Of a stretch of 64,000 nt of DNA, positions 26,568 to 36,357 are shown piece by piece (the stretch's first letter is position 1; every line of letters begins with the position of its first letter). The stretch is from positions 1-64,000 of IMG/VR virus record IMGVR_UViG_3300046010_015054. One strand, given 5' to 3'. The notes beneath the pieces are model-generated. The model was not told the DNA's origin and did not search any database. It worked only from the letters and a program-made list of their open reading frames with translations. Source of the DNA: a virus. The translations under genes were made by a program, and so were the position numbers.

Positions 26568-26616
26568 TTTTTAATTCCTTATCTTCTAATAAATATAAAA
26601 AAAATTTCTTGAGATT

Positions 26617-27315
26617 TCACGTTAAATTATTAGGATCTAGCATTTCATAATTAAAAATTTCAAAATCTTTTTTATATCTTTCATTAATTGTTTCCACAAG
26701 ATATGGTGTTAACATTTCTTTATAATTAGGTTTAGGCACATTAAAAATTTTTGATATTTCTAATAAATGTGGAAAATTATTTTTTATTTCAAAACCTAAT
26801 TTTTTTATTATGTTTTCTAAACCTTCTTCAAATTTAAATATTTGATAGTTAACATTTACATCTTCAAAAAATTTATATTGTTCTAATGAATGATACGAAT
26901 GATAATGATTCTTTGCAGGATGTTTAAAATATCTTTCAACACAATAATCAATATACATTTTTTTTGAATAATTAGGTAGCATATGATAATTATATTTTAA
27001 AGGTACTGCTTCTGTAAAAAGTAATTCAGATAAAAATTTAAAATAAGGATTTCTAACTATTGAAAAAATAGTCCAAGAGTCGTCTACAAAAATTTTATTT
27101 TTTTTAGCAATATCTAAAATAAATTTTAAATTATAATGCATTGTTGGTACAACCATAAAGTGTTGTAATTGAATTTTAGGGTCAACACCAAACCCATGAA
27201 CTAATAGACATTCATTTCTTTGATACCCATAATAATTCATAATAAATTCCTCAACCGAAGAACCTCCAGTTTTAGGAATATGAACAAATATAGTTTTTTC
27301 TGGAGGTAAAATCAT
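26617..27315 (-). CDS. sulfotransferase family protein
   Basis: FVHIPKTGGSSV (5'-PSB) and IVRNPY..FLS (3'-PB). Confidence 0.85.
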   Translation of the reverse strand: MILPPEKTIFVHIPKTGGSSVEEFIMNYYGYQRNECLLVHGFGVDPKIQLQHFMVVPTMHYNLKFILDIAKKNKIFVDDSWTIFSIVRNPYFKFLSELLFTEAVPLKYNYHMLPNYSKKMYIDYCVERYFKHPAKNHYHSYHSLEQYKFFEDVNVNYQIFKFEEGLENIIKKLGFEIKNNFPHLLEISKIFNVPKPNYKEMLTPYLVETINERYKKDFEIFNYEMLDPNNLT

Positions 27316-27599
27316 TAAATAATACCTTTCTTTTTAGCAGTTTGATAGCCTACATAATAACCTTCAGCTTCATCAAAATACATTCTTTTGGTTGCAGGAA
27401 GATTTTCTTGTTCTTCCTCAAAATTTTTATAATTTTTAGGATATTCTATATCTACTGAAATAGGTCCAAAAGCAAATTTAGTTTTGTCCCAAGTCCAAGT
27501 TGTTTTAATCCCATCTTTTTCAAATACTTGTGTATATTTAAGTAAAACTTCATTTAGTTTTTCAGAAGGACGTCCTTTGGGTAATTCGTAATTCGCCAT
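27315..27599 (-). CDS. hypothetical protein
   Basis: 94-aa ORF. Confidence 0.7.
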   Translation of the reverse strand: MANYELPKGRPSEKLNEVLLKYTQVFEKDGIKTTWTWDKTKFAFGPISVDIEYPKNYKNFEEEQENLPATKRMYFDEAEGYYVGYQTAKKKGII

Positions 27600-27624
27600 T
27601 TTTTATTTTAAAGATATAAATGAA

Positions 27625-28362
27625 TCAGGGCGTAACCACACCTCTTTTTGAAACAACTATACTAGCCATTTCATTAGCATACGCAATTGATGCTCTTTCT
27701 TCTAATGTCTCTAAAAATTTAAGAGCAAAAGCAGCTACAAATGTATCTCCAGCTCCTGAAACATCTATGGTTTGTTGGGGGTTTTCTTGAGGAATTAACT
27801 CACCATTGTAATATGCTCCTTTAGAACCTAAAGTAACAATAATATTTTTAGGATCTAGATGTTTATTATTTTTAGATTCACTTTCATTTAATTTAATAAA
27901 TGAAAATTTATTAGCTATGTCTGGGGTTAATTTACGTTTAGTATCTAAAATAGATAATTTAGCAAGATGACCAATATTCCATAGACTAGTAGTATCTAAG
28001 AATCCTTTATTATAATCACTTACAATAACAGCATCTGCTTCTTTGATAGATGCTTCTATTTCAGAATCAGTTATAAATCGATCTATCTTACCTTCCCCAG
28101 TATCTACTCTAAGGAACATGTGGTTTGATTTTACATCAACATATCTTGTTTTTGTAATATTTTTATCTTGAGAAATTAGAATAACATTTGCCTTTTTATC
28201 TAATACACAAACATTTTCATATACATTTCCGGCCATACCATTGTTTGTAGTTGTTTTAACCGGGTTTAAAACTGGGACTGGCGCCTCTGGTGATAATCTA
28301 TTTACTTCACAATATATAAACTCATCAATGCACTGTTCGCCAATTATTATTATTTTTTTCAT
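27625..28362 (-). CDS. PfkB-family sugar kinase (RfaE/HldE domain I, heptose-7-P kinase-like)
   Basis: RLSPEAPVPV, GMAGNV, SDYNKG, DVSGAGDTF. Confidence 0.88.
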   Translation of the reverse strand: MKKIIIIGEQCIDEFIYCEVNRLSPEAPVPVLNPVKTTTNNGMAGNVYENVCVLDKKANVILISQDKNITKTRYVDVKSNHMFLRVDTGEGKIDRFITDSEIEASIKEADAVIVSDYNKGFLDTTSLWNIGHLAKLSILDTKRKLTPDIANKFSFIKLNESESKNNKHLDPKNIIVTLGSKGAYYNGELIPQENPQQTIDVSGAGDTFVAAFALKFLETLEERASIAYANEMASIVVSKRGVVTP

Positions 28363-28620
28363 TTTCTAAAACTTGTAATTCCAAACTTAACCCAAGACAG
28401 ATACTTTGAACAATATCTGGGTTGTAAAGTATTAAGTCTACCCATTTTTCATCGGGTAGACTATATACTAAATCAAGCATTGAATTCGGAGTCATTAAAA
28501 TGCATATAAAGTGGATTTTGCTCTGGTTTTGGCTTTCTTTTTTTTCTTAGTTCAGGATACTGGGTTTTAGCCCATTTGTGCCATTCCATAAATGTTTCAT
28601 AGGTTTGACGTGCTGAATTA

Positions 28621-28926
28621 CTACTCATGACTTTGATTGATTATTTGGTTTATTAAATTAATTGCTTTTGAACAATATTCATATTGTTCGTTTTTTTCAA
28701 GGGTAATTATATTCTTATTTAAGGTATCGATAAAATTTGAACGCTCCAAGGTAATGTCTAAAACTTCTTGCTCTTCTATTAATTCTATTGAAAAGACTGG
28801 TATGTGTTGTTTTTTGGTTTTTAAATTTTTTTCAATAATATCAACTATAGACATAGAAATTTTACAACCATTCTTAATTAAAAATGATTCAAATTCTTCT
28901 TTATTTTGCACCGCAAGTTGTATCAT
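28621..28926 (-). CDS. hypothetical protein with C-terminal UVR-like motif
   Basis: LEKNEQYEYCSKA. Confidence 0.65.
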   Translation of the reverse strand: MIQLAVQNKEEFESFLIKNGCKISMSIVDIIEKNLKTKKQHIPVFSIELIEEQEVLDITLERSNFIDTLNKNIITLEKNEQYEYCSKAINLINQIINQSHE

Positions 28927-29079
28927 TTTAAAAATTATCTAAAAATTTACCTTTAGTTTTTTTATTTTTTAAATTTTCAAATTTTGCATCATTATCCAAC
29001 ATTTTAGAAGCTAATCTTTCTAAATGTTTTGATTTAGATTTTTGATAATCTTTAGTTACTTGTTCATGTTTTTTACTTT

Positions 29080-29718
29080 TCATAAATGAGAAACAATATT
29101 TAAATCATCTAAATCACTTTTAGGAGGGTTATATAAACCTAATTCTTTTAAACGTTGTGCTTGGTAATCATCTAATTGCCAATCAGCATCGTGCCCATGA
29201 TTTATAGGTTTATGTTCTTCCATCTGTTCAATTTGTTTATCAGTAAAAATATTACCAACAGTTAAAAAGTAACAATTATAACAAAGCATTTCAAGATTTT
29301 CAAGTCTATAATTTTTCTTATTATTATCCTTAAAATGCATTATTAAAGGAACTTTATAATCTAAAATTCTTCTTTCTTCAAAACCACAACAATCACATTT
29401 TTCTTGTAAATACCCCTCTTCAAATAAACGCTTTTTTACTTTTTCAGGACTAAAATTTGTCATAGGTACTCTACCTTCTAACAAATCTTGTAATGCTGGG
29501 ATTTTTTGGCTATTTTTTAAAAATTTAGGGATGCCTACTCCTTTTTGATTAAAATGGATTTCAAATAATGTTCTATTATCCTCACCTTTATAAAGCTTAG
29601 CCCATTTTTTATAATGTTGGTAACTTACATTAAGATAGCGAGCTGCAGACCTGTTTGATTTAGTCTGTGACATAGCAGCTATAATTTGCTCCTTAGTAAG
29701 TGGTTTGGGCAGTGGCAT
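29080..29718 (-). CDS. HTH + HNH-like endonuclease/DNA-binding protein
   Basis: SNRSAARYLNVSY HTH; CDCC...H...N.RLENLEMLCYNC. Confidence 0.7.
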   Translation of the reverse strand: MPLPKPLTKEQIIAAMSQTKSNRSAARYLNVSYQHYKKWAKLYKGEDNRTLFEIHFNQKGVGIPKFLKNSQKIPALQDLLEGRVPMTNFSPEKVKKRLFEEGYLQEKCDCCGFEERRILDYKVPLIMHFKDNNKKNYRLENLEMLCYNCYFLTVGNIFTDKQIEQMEEHKPINHGHDADWQLDDYQAQRLKELGLYNPPKSDLDDLNIVSHL

Positions 29719-30035
29719 TATTCTAAATCTCCTTCTATTTCATCAAGGTTAATTGATTGAATTTTTTCAATATGATCATCTTCATGCTCATAGTCAATTT
29801 CTTCTAGCACTTTAGGCTTTTCAAAATTACTTTGCTTGTGCATTATTTTTCTATATTCTTTTTCTTCTACAATTACAATATCTGTAAAGCTATGGTCTCC
29901 TTCTCCATATTGGAAAGTAAGTCCTTTTTTTCTTCCTGAGTCACTGCAATTGACACAATATTTTGTATTGGGGAGGATTTCTAATCTTTTAGGATTAATT
30001 TTTTCTCCACATCCCAAACATTCTCTTTCTATCAT
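29718..30035 (-). CDS. TraR/DksA C4 zinc-finger protein
   Basis: CLGCGEKINPKRLEILP.TKYCVNC. Confidence 0.8.
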   Translation of the reverse strand: MIERECLGCGEKINPKRLEILPNTKYCVNCSDSGRKKGLTFQYGEGDHSFTDIVIVEEKEYRKIMHKQSNFEKPKVLEEIDYEHEDDHIEKIQSINLDEIEGDLE

Positions 30036-30430
30036 TCGTCTTGAAGGGTTACAATAAGGTTATATAATTCTTCTGATGTGTGTATTATATATGCATTCCC
30101 CTCTGTATCATTAAGTGTTCTATCCTCATCTGATTCAGCTAATGGGTGTTCATATATATACCATAAAATTACTTCAGCAATGTCTTCAGGGAAAGCTAAG
30201 TAAATTAGGCCTTCTAAAGATTTTGCGTATGTGTCTTCAAAAGCCCAAGCATCAATACCAAATTCTTCTTGTAATTTAAGTGAACGTAAAATTGCATTTC
30301 TATAATTATCTACAAATATTAGAAAATTTCTTTTTTCCTTTTGCTCGTCAGTTAAAATAACACCATCAAATTCTACTTCAATTCCTAATACAGAGTTAAA
30401 TAGGTCTACTATATTATCAATCTCTTCCAC
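30032..30430 (-). CDS. acidic hypothetical protein
   Basis: 132-aa ORF. Confidence 0.7.
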   Translation of the reverse strand: MEEIDNIVDLFNSVLGIEVEFDGVILTDEQKEKRNFLIFVDNYRNAILRSLKLQEEFGIDAWAFEDTYAKSLEGLIYLAFPEDIAEVILWYIYEHPLAESDEDRTLNDTEGNAYIIHTSEELYNLIVTLQDE

Positions 30431-30745
30431 TTAAAATCTATGTTTTAATTCTACTAATTCTTGACATGTGTCGTAATCTTCTAACTTTTCATAGTAAGCT
30501 AAACAACTATTTAAAAGTTTTTCGTATTGACTTTTTTTAATTTTTATTTTAGCTTCTAAATTAACAATTTCATATAAAACACATTCACTTTTATTTTTTC
30601 TAATTGCTTGCTTTAAAGCACTTACTGCTCCTTTAAAAACAAGTTCTGAAAATTCATCTGAAGATTTTAAAGCAGTAAGATCTTCTGAATCTTCATAGAT
30701 TAAATTAAGTTTAAGAGGGATTTCCCATGTGGCTTTTTTCTCCAT
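30431..30745 (-). CDS. hypothetical protein with C-terminal UVR-like motif
   Basis: YYEKLEDYDTCQELV. Confidence 0.65.
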   Translation of the reverse strand: MEKKATWEIPLKLNLIYEDSEDLTALKSSDEFSELVFKGAVSALKQAIRKNKSECVLYEIVNLEAKIKIKKSQYEKLLNSCLAYYEKLEDYDTCQELVELKHRF

Positions 30746-30756
30746 AACAATAAATA

Positions 30757-31548
30757 TTAAATTTTAAAATCGGGAACCCTATCGTACTGATGTACTAGGC
30801 AGTATGTGTCTCCAAATTCAGTATAGACTTGATTGTCTTTTATAACAGGAGGATAATCTAGAAGAAATTTATCGTATTTATCTTTTACTTTAGGATCATG
30901 AGTAGTTCCTAATTGAGCACACCAGGGTAGATTCATACTGGTGAATGCTGTAATATCTTTCCAAGGTTTTAGATTAAGTAGAATATTAAATGCAGCTTGA
31001 TCTGGTTGTGGGTCATATTGAGTACCTACTAAACTAAGATGGAATACTTGAAAACAAAAATCTCTTAAATACTTATTTTCCCCTGCAAAAGTACCAGCAT
31101 TATAAATTTTATTATTTTTATTTAATTCATATAAATGGGGGTAGCATTTATTTAGATTATCATTACCCCAATCTTCATTTTTATAAAGTAAACCTTCACT
31201 ACCCGCAATAATTTTTTTTCTACCAATTAAAGTAGAACTAATAAAGGGCATAGGATCTCTTTGAAAGTATACATCTTTAACATCAGTAACTATAATTTTA
31301 TTATAATCCTGATTGTTTTTTAGAAATGTATAGATATCTAAAAATCTTTGAACAACTATATGAAAACCTAAAGGTTGAGTTAAAACTATTTTAACTTCAT
31401 TTTCATTTAAATAATCAATAGTTTCTTTAGGTAAATCGTATCCTAAAATTAAAATTTCACCTTGAAAATATTTTTTAGCACTTTGAACCCAATTATGTAT
31501 TTTATCTGGAGTGTATTTAGTTAAGTTCCCTATTAGTAAGTTTTTCAT
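30757..31548 (-). CDS. putative GT-A glycosyltransferase
   Basis: TDVKDVYFQRDP, NAGTF.G, DQAAFN, HQYDR. Confidence 0.75.
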   Translation of the reverse strand: MKNLLIGNLTKYTPDKIHNWVQSAKKYFQGEILILGYDLPKETIDYLNENEVKIVLTQPLGFHIVVQRFLDIYTFLKNNQDYNKIIVTDVKDVYFQRDPMPFISSTLIGRKKIIAGSEGLLYKNEDWGNDNLNKCYPHLYELNKNNKIYNAGTFAGENKYLRDFCFQVFHLSLVGTQYDPQPDQAAFNILLNLKPWKDITAFTSMNLPWCAQLGTTHDPKVKDKYDKFLLDYPPVIKDNQVYTEFGDTYCLVHQYDRVPDFKI

Positions 31549-32404
31549 CTAATTTTATTAACTCAAATTGGAAATTATTATGTGCGTGCTTAGTAAATTC
31601 TTCTTTTCTATCAATTAAGGTAAGAAAATCCTTAAAATACTCCAACCTAAATTTATTATTTTCAATAACAATTTCGTTTTCAATAACATATTGCTGTGGG
31701 TGGATATTATGACGTTTTAATATCTCACAACCACACATTATAAAAGTATCATCTAAACCATAAGGTCCTAGATCATCTGGGATATCTATTAGGCGAGCTA
31801 ATTTAGTAGAGATAGTTGTGCCCCATCCCGCAAATTTAAATCCTTGAATTGGTTTTAAATTAACATCACCTTTAAATTGAACTGCTTTATAAGGATCTCT
31901 ATTAAAATAGTTTTCATGATTAGCTTCTTCATTAAAAAAACTTTCATTACTAACTATATCCCAAGTAGTGTCCCACATTCTGGTTAATTGTGGAGTTATA
32001 ATTGATAGAGGATTGGTTGCAATTTCAATACTATCAAATACTCTTCTTAAAAATGTATCATTAAAAATAACATCAGTATCAAGATACATAATATAATCTG
32101 CATCTGTAGTTCTAATTGTATGTCTTCTTAAGTCATTGCAACCTAAAAATGAAGCACTATCATCTATTCTTAAAACACATTCAGCCCAATCTTCATTTAA
32201 TTTAATTAATTTATGATAAGCATCTTCAAAAAACCATAAACCAATTTTAGATAAATTCCAATTTACTAAATTAGTATTAAGTAAAACTTCAATTCTTACC
32301 CTATGATTTTCATTTAAATAATGACTTGAACGTTTTAATTGAATTAAAGTTTGTTCTAAAGCATTAAGTTCATAAGGTAAGGTGTGTATTATTATATGAA
32401 TCAT
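31517..32404 (-). CDS. putative GT2-like glycosyltransferase
   Basis: ADYIMYLDTDV (DxD), GPYGLDD. Confidence 0.7.
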   Translation of the reverse strand: MIHIIIHTLPYELNALEQTLIQLKRSSHYLNENHRVRIEVLLNTNLVNWNLSKIGLWFFEDAYHKLIKLNEDWAECVLRIDDSASFLGCNDLRRHTIRTTDADYIMYLDTDVIFNDTFLRRVFDSIEIATNPLSIITPQLTRMWDTTWDIVSNESFFNEEANHENYFNRDPYKAVQFKGDVNLKPIQGFKFAGWGTTISTKLARLIDIPDDLGPYGLDDTFIMCGCEILKRHNIHPQQYVIENEIVIENNKFRLEYFKDFLTLIDRKEEFTKHAHNNFQFELIKLDEKLTNRELN

Positions 32405-33168
32405 TATAACGTAACTAAAGTATGATCTTTTAATCCTGTAATTATATCAAATTGCTCCCAACCTTCAGGAACTTCCCAGTGTTCACAGAGAAGTGGATTT
32501 TGAATAATTTCATAACCACCAATCATCATAATGTATTGTAAGAAGAAATCAACCCAACCCATAATTTTACTAACTTTAACTAACTCATCATAGTCTTCAT
32601 AAAGTTGATCTTTACAATTTTCCCAAGCTTCAATAAATTGTTCTCTATTAAAAATAGTTCCACCACCTGAAGCATATCCTGGGCATGTGGTTACTCCTCC
32701 TAATTTAGCAGAATAATCAAAAAATTCTCTAGGTATAGGATTTGGTCTCATTCTTCCTGTTGGACTCGGTGCTGTAGGGTGGATTGCACAACTAAATTCA
32801 TAATCTAAAATAGTAGCTGGTTTAAGAAGAAAATCATCTTCTTCTAATAGCATCATATAATGTGAATCAGTTGTTTTACAAGCTTCATAGAAGCCCCTAA
32901 TAAATTCAAATGTTTTTTCTTTATCCCAACATTCGTAACCAACATTGACATTTCCAAAGTTACCACAATAACCTAATTGAAATAAATTAATTGAGGTTTT
33001 AGCCCCAATTTCTAGACCACGTTGTTGATAATTAATCAGATCACCTTCATAATCTACATTAATGAATAAATCAGCATCTGGGTAGTATTTTTTAAGGCTT
33101 TGAAGTGATTTAATCCCAGAATCTACATTTCGGTATGCCCAAAGGTACCCACTTATTAGTTTACTCAT
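32404..33168 (-). CDS. putative glycosyltransferase
   Basis: MLLEEDD, GGGTIFN; locus context. Confidence 0.6.
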   Translation of the reverse strand: MSKLISGYLWAYRNVDSGIKSLQSLKKYYPDADLFINVDYEGDLINYQQRGLEIGAKTSINLFQLGYCGNFGNVNVGYECWDKEKTFEFIRGFYEACKTTDSHYMMLLEEDDFLLKPATILDYEFSCAIHPTAPSPTGRMRPNPIPREFFDYSAKLGGVTTCPGYASGGGTIFNREQFIEAWENCKDQLYEDYDELVKVSKIMGWVDFFLQYIMMIGGYEIIQNPLLCEHWEVPEGWEQFDIITGLKDHTLVTL

Positions 33169-33829
33169 GTCTGGTTAGGATATATAAGTTATTAGTAATC
33201 GTATTTATAAATTCTTCTTCAACCCATTGAACTTTACCTAAACCTACTTGATTTACCATTGGTAGATACCAATTATGCATAGCTATATTTACATTATAAG
33301 ATGGGTTAATCTCCATTTCATGAATAGAATCTATAACATTTCCTAACATATTATAAGGAAATACTACAAAAGTATCATTTACAATGGGTAAATGAGTAAA
33401 TTCAGGTTCTCTCCAAAGAAAATTAAATTTAGTAAAATCAAAATTATATTCTTTAAATGGATTTTTTAAAAATTTAATATCAAATCTAGTAGATATTACT
33501 AAATCTAAATCTTGATTTCTCATTTGTTCTAAACTAACAATGTAAATAGAAGATATAGCTTTAAAATTACCTACTTTATCACCTCCTCCTAATTGATTAT
33601 AAGAAGAAGGAGCAATAATGAAGTTTTTAGGTGAGTAATATTTTTGTATGTCTTCTATTTCAGAATTAAGATAAGTACAAAGATAAAATGAAATTTCGTG
33701 TCCTTCTTCTTTTAGAGGATTAACAATGTGCTCAAAAAATTCGTTTATAGCGTCTTTATAGTTCCTATATCGACCGAAAACCCCATCATTATAGGACACC
33801 CCAACTAAATTTATACCGATTTTCATCAA
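33161..33829 (-). CDS. putative glycosyltransferase-like protein
   Basis: DLVISTRFD, VND.F; paralog of the next gene. Confidence 0.55.
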   Translation of the reverse strand: MMKIGINLVGVSYNDGVFGRYRNYKDAINEFFEHIVNPLKEEGHEISFYLCTYLNSEIEDIQKYYSPKNFIIAPSSYNQLGGGDKVGNFKAISSIYIVSLEQMRNQDLDLVISTRFDIKFLKNPFKEYNFDFTKFNFLWREPEFTHLPIVNDTFVVFPYNMLGNVIDSIHEMEINPSYNVNIAMHNWYLPMVNQVGLGKVQWVEEEFINTITNNLYILTRHE

Positions 33830-34530
33830 CTTATAACTTTATCTGAGATGATATTTCCATTTTGGTCACCCCACCAGAGCCAGTTATCTCTTAAAAGTTG
33901 AAATTGGAGAGATAGATTTTTTTGAGAATAAGTTATTAAACCTGCTCTATTCACTATTTCAGTCCAACTTTCTTCAGCACTACCTAAATAACCTTTTTCT
34001 TGTGAGTAATTAATTAACTTGTAAAATACCCCCCAATATAATTTTTCAGCATTTTGGTAATTAGTAATACATAAATTATCATCAAGAAAATTACCATCAC
34101 TACTATGATTAACTAAACTATGATCTAAATTTTCTAAATTTAAAGGTTGAAAAATACCTAAATCATATCTACTTCTAATTATAACATCATATTGAATTTG
34201 AGTATCATACATTTGTTGATAAACATTTTGCCAACTATAAACCATTGGAAATTGTCTAAAACAACTCATTACATCATATTGAGGTAAAGGTCTGGAAGTA
34301 TCGTTATGAGGTAGTTTTATACCTTCTTTATATTTAGTAAATTTGAAAGGTTCCTGTATGTGGGTTGATTTAGCATTAGGATAAAATTGAGATATTTTAT
34401 TCCATTCTTCATCTTTCCAAGCATGTAGATAGATATCTACATCATAATTATCTATAAGATGCCCCCAAGTAGCTTTATATCCTTCTTCTACCTTTCTAGC
34501 AAGACCTGATAGTAGTAGTGCTACTTTCAT
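33826..34530 (-). CDS. putative glycosyltransferase-like protein
   Basis: KVALLLSGLAR, DIYLHAW, YDVIIRSRYD. Confidence 0.6.
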   Translation of the reverse strand: MKVALLLSGLARKVEEGYKATWGHLIDNYDVDIYLHAWKDEEWNKISQFYPNAKSTHIQEPFKFTKYKEGIKLPHNDTSRPLPQYDVMSCFRQFPMVYSWQNVYQQMYDTQIQYDVIIRSRYDLGIFQPLNLENLDHSLVNHSSDGNFLDDNLCITNYQNAEKLYWGVFYKLINYSQEKGYLGSAEESWTEIVNRAGLITYSQKNLSLQFQLLRDNWLWWGDQNGNIISDKVIS

Positions 34531-35282
34531 ATTCCGTATTTAACTATATCCTCGTGTTTAAATAATCCTTCTCCGTGTGCACAAGTAAAGTTTTGTCGAG
34601 CCCACCAATAACTAATATTCTTTTCTAAATCTATACCTTCACCTGGAAATTCAGTAAGCACTTGTTCAAAAAATTTAGTTTTAAATAGTCCTGGATTGTT
34701 AGTCCAATTACTTACTTCAGAATCAGCTAAATAATAATTTTCTTCTAAAAAATCTAATTTAGAAATTTTATCTGGGAATTTTTGATCAGGATTTTCAACC
34801 CAATGTACACAATCAAGTAAGTGACTAGATCTAGTTTGAATCCAAGGATCAATATAATTCCAATTAATGCTCATGTAACGTTCACTGAAATGAGGATAAC
34901 CTGGTTGTTTTCTATGACGTAATCTAATTGTACTGATTCCTCTGTCTAAAAGTTTAATTCCGTTGTTTAGCCTATTGTAAGTAATCTCAGAATTTTCAAT
35001 TAATTTCCAATCATGTTCTAAAATAAGAAAATTTTCATATTTAGCTTTTTTAACTAACTCAATAAAAGCTTTACCAATACCAATATTATCAGGTGAAGCT
35101 ATATACTCAATTCCAAAATGATCAGCAATTCGTTTATCTTCATCACTAAATTCTTGGAAGAATAATTTTATATCATCAGATAACTCTAATAAACCATTAT
35201 GGTAATATGTAACTAAAGTTTCTACTAAAGTTTGCCCTGAATTCCAGGCTAATATTCCTATACTTAAAGGTAATTTATTCAT
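34527..35282 (-). CDS. putative GT2-like glycosyltransferase
   Basis: NIGIG, FLILEHDW, WTNNP, FKH. Confidence 0.65.
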   Translation of the reverse strand: MNKLPLSIGILAWNSGQTLVETLVTYYHNGLLELSDDIKLFFQEFSDEDKRIADHFGIEYIASPDNIGIGKAFIELVKKAKYENFLILEHDWKLIENSEITYNRLNNGIKLLDRGISTIRLRHRKQPGYPHFSERYMSINWNYIDPWIQTRSSHLLDCVHWVENPDQKFPDKISKLDFLEENYYLADSEVSNWTNNPGLFKTKFFEQVLTEFPGEGIDLEKNISYWWARQNFTCAHGEGLFKHEDIVKYGI

Positions 35283-35905
35283 AGAGAATTATAGTAATTG
35301 TTTTGTCTTTCTTGGCGTTCAATATCCTTATGATGCTCTAAAGCAAATTCTTCCTCTAAAGGTAAAATAGCATGAGTCTTATAACCATCTAAAACCTCAT
35401 GTACTTTATTCTTCCATTTAATTTCAGGGGTACGTTTGTAAATTCTCCACTGGAGGTCAGGCCAATTAACTCTACCTCTATTATCTACAGTCCACCCCCA
35501 TTTTTGGGTATGTTCTTGGGTAAGACCTTTAACTGTATTAATGCGGGGTACTCTAAGTACTTCTACATCATTATTTTCAAGAAGAATGGGCAAATATTGT
35601 ATTAAGTACCAATTAGGCATTTCATCTGCATCAATTTGAAAGATATAGTCTCCTAAACAAGCTTCTGTCAGGGCATTTTTCATATTAGCAAAATGTCCAT
35701 CAAAATGGTAATGAATACATCTAAAAGGAGCAAATGTAAGTTGAGATTGAGATCTTAAATACTCATCTACTGATTTAGAGCCATTACTAGAATCATAAAA
35801 TACAACTATTTCATCCTGTTTTCTTTTATTTTCAGCTAAAAAAGGAAGTAGGCGTTGTATTTCTGCTAATTCATTACAAACTGTTATAGCGTAACTAATT
35901 TTCAT
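35279..35905 (-). CDS. GT2 glycosyltransferase
   Basis: ISYAITVCNE, FA..KN, IFQIDADE, WPD.Q.R, VHE. Confidence 0.85.
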   Translation of the reverse strand: MKISYAITVCNELAEIQRLLPFLAENKRKQDEIVVFYDSSNGSKSVDEYLRSQSQLTFAPFRCIHYHFDGHFANMKNALTEACLGDYIFQIDADEMPNWYLIQYLPILLENNDVEVLRVPRINTVKGLTQEHTQKWGWTVDNRGRVNWPDLQWRIYKRTPEIKWKNKVHEVLDGYKTHAILPLEEEFALEHHKDIERQERQNNYYNSL

Positions 35906-35907
35906 CT

Positions 35908-36357
35908 TTATTCAGGTAATACACCAATATATGAGAGTGCTTCCATATAATCACGTTCATGAAAATGCATCATAGTAGACATATCCATTTTCCACTCATA
36001 ATCTTTACCTTTTTCTTTAAACTTGGCTCTTTCTTCTTCAGGCATTGGAACTGCTTTAACCGCAGCCCAACCCCAAACAGCTCCTTTACCAGCACCATCA
36101 GCAAATACCATTCCTTTATCAGGAATATTTACAATTGAAGGCATCCAGACAAGACCATTTTCATCTTCACCCATTAATTCTTTATATAGTTCTGGAAGAA
36201 GTTCAAGTTGTTCTTTTAAAAATTCTGAGTCACGTTTCATAGCTGAATTGGCTTGAAAGCCACAGCCATAACAAAAGTGTAATGTGATTTTAGAGTTTAC
36301 TTCTTGTACATAACAAGCATCTGAACCACAGCGGTTACAAGTTGTTAGATTATCCAT
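35908..36357 (-). CDS. Zn-ribbon hypothetical protein
   Basis: CNRCG...CYGCG. Confidence 0.7.
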   Translation of the reverse strand: MDNLTTCNRCGSDACYVQEVNSKITLHFCYGCGFQANSAMKRDSEFLKEQLELLPELYKELMGEDENGLVWMPSIVNIPDKGMVFADGAGKGAVWGWAAVKAVPMPEEERAKFKEKGKDYEWKMDMSTMMHFHERDYMEALSYIGVLPE

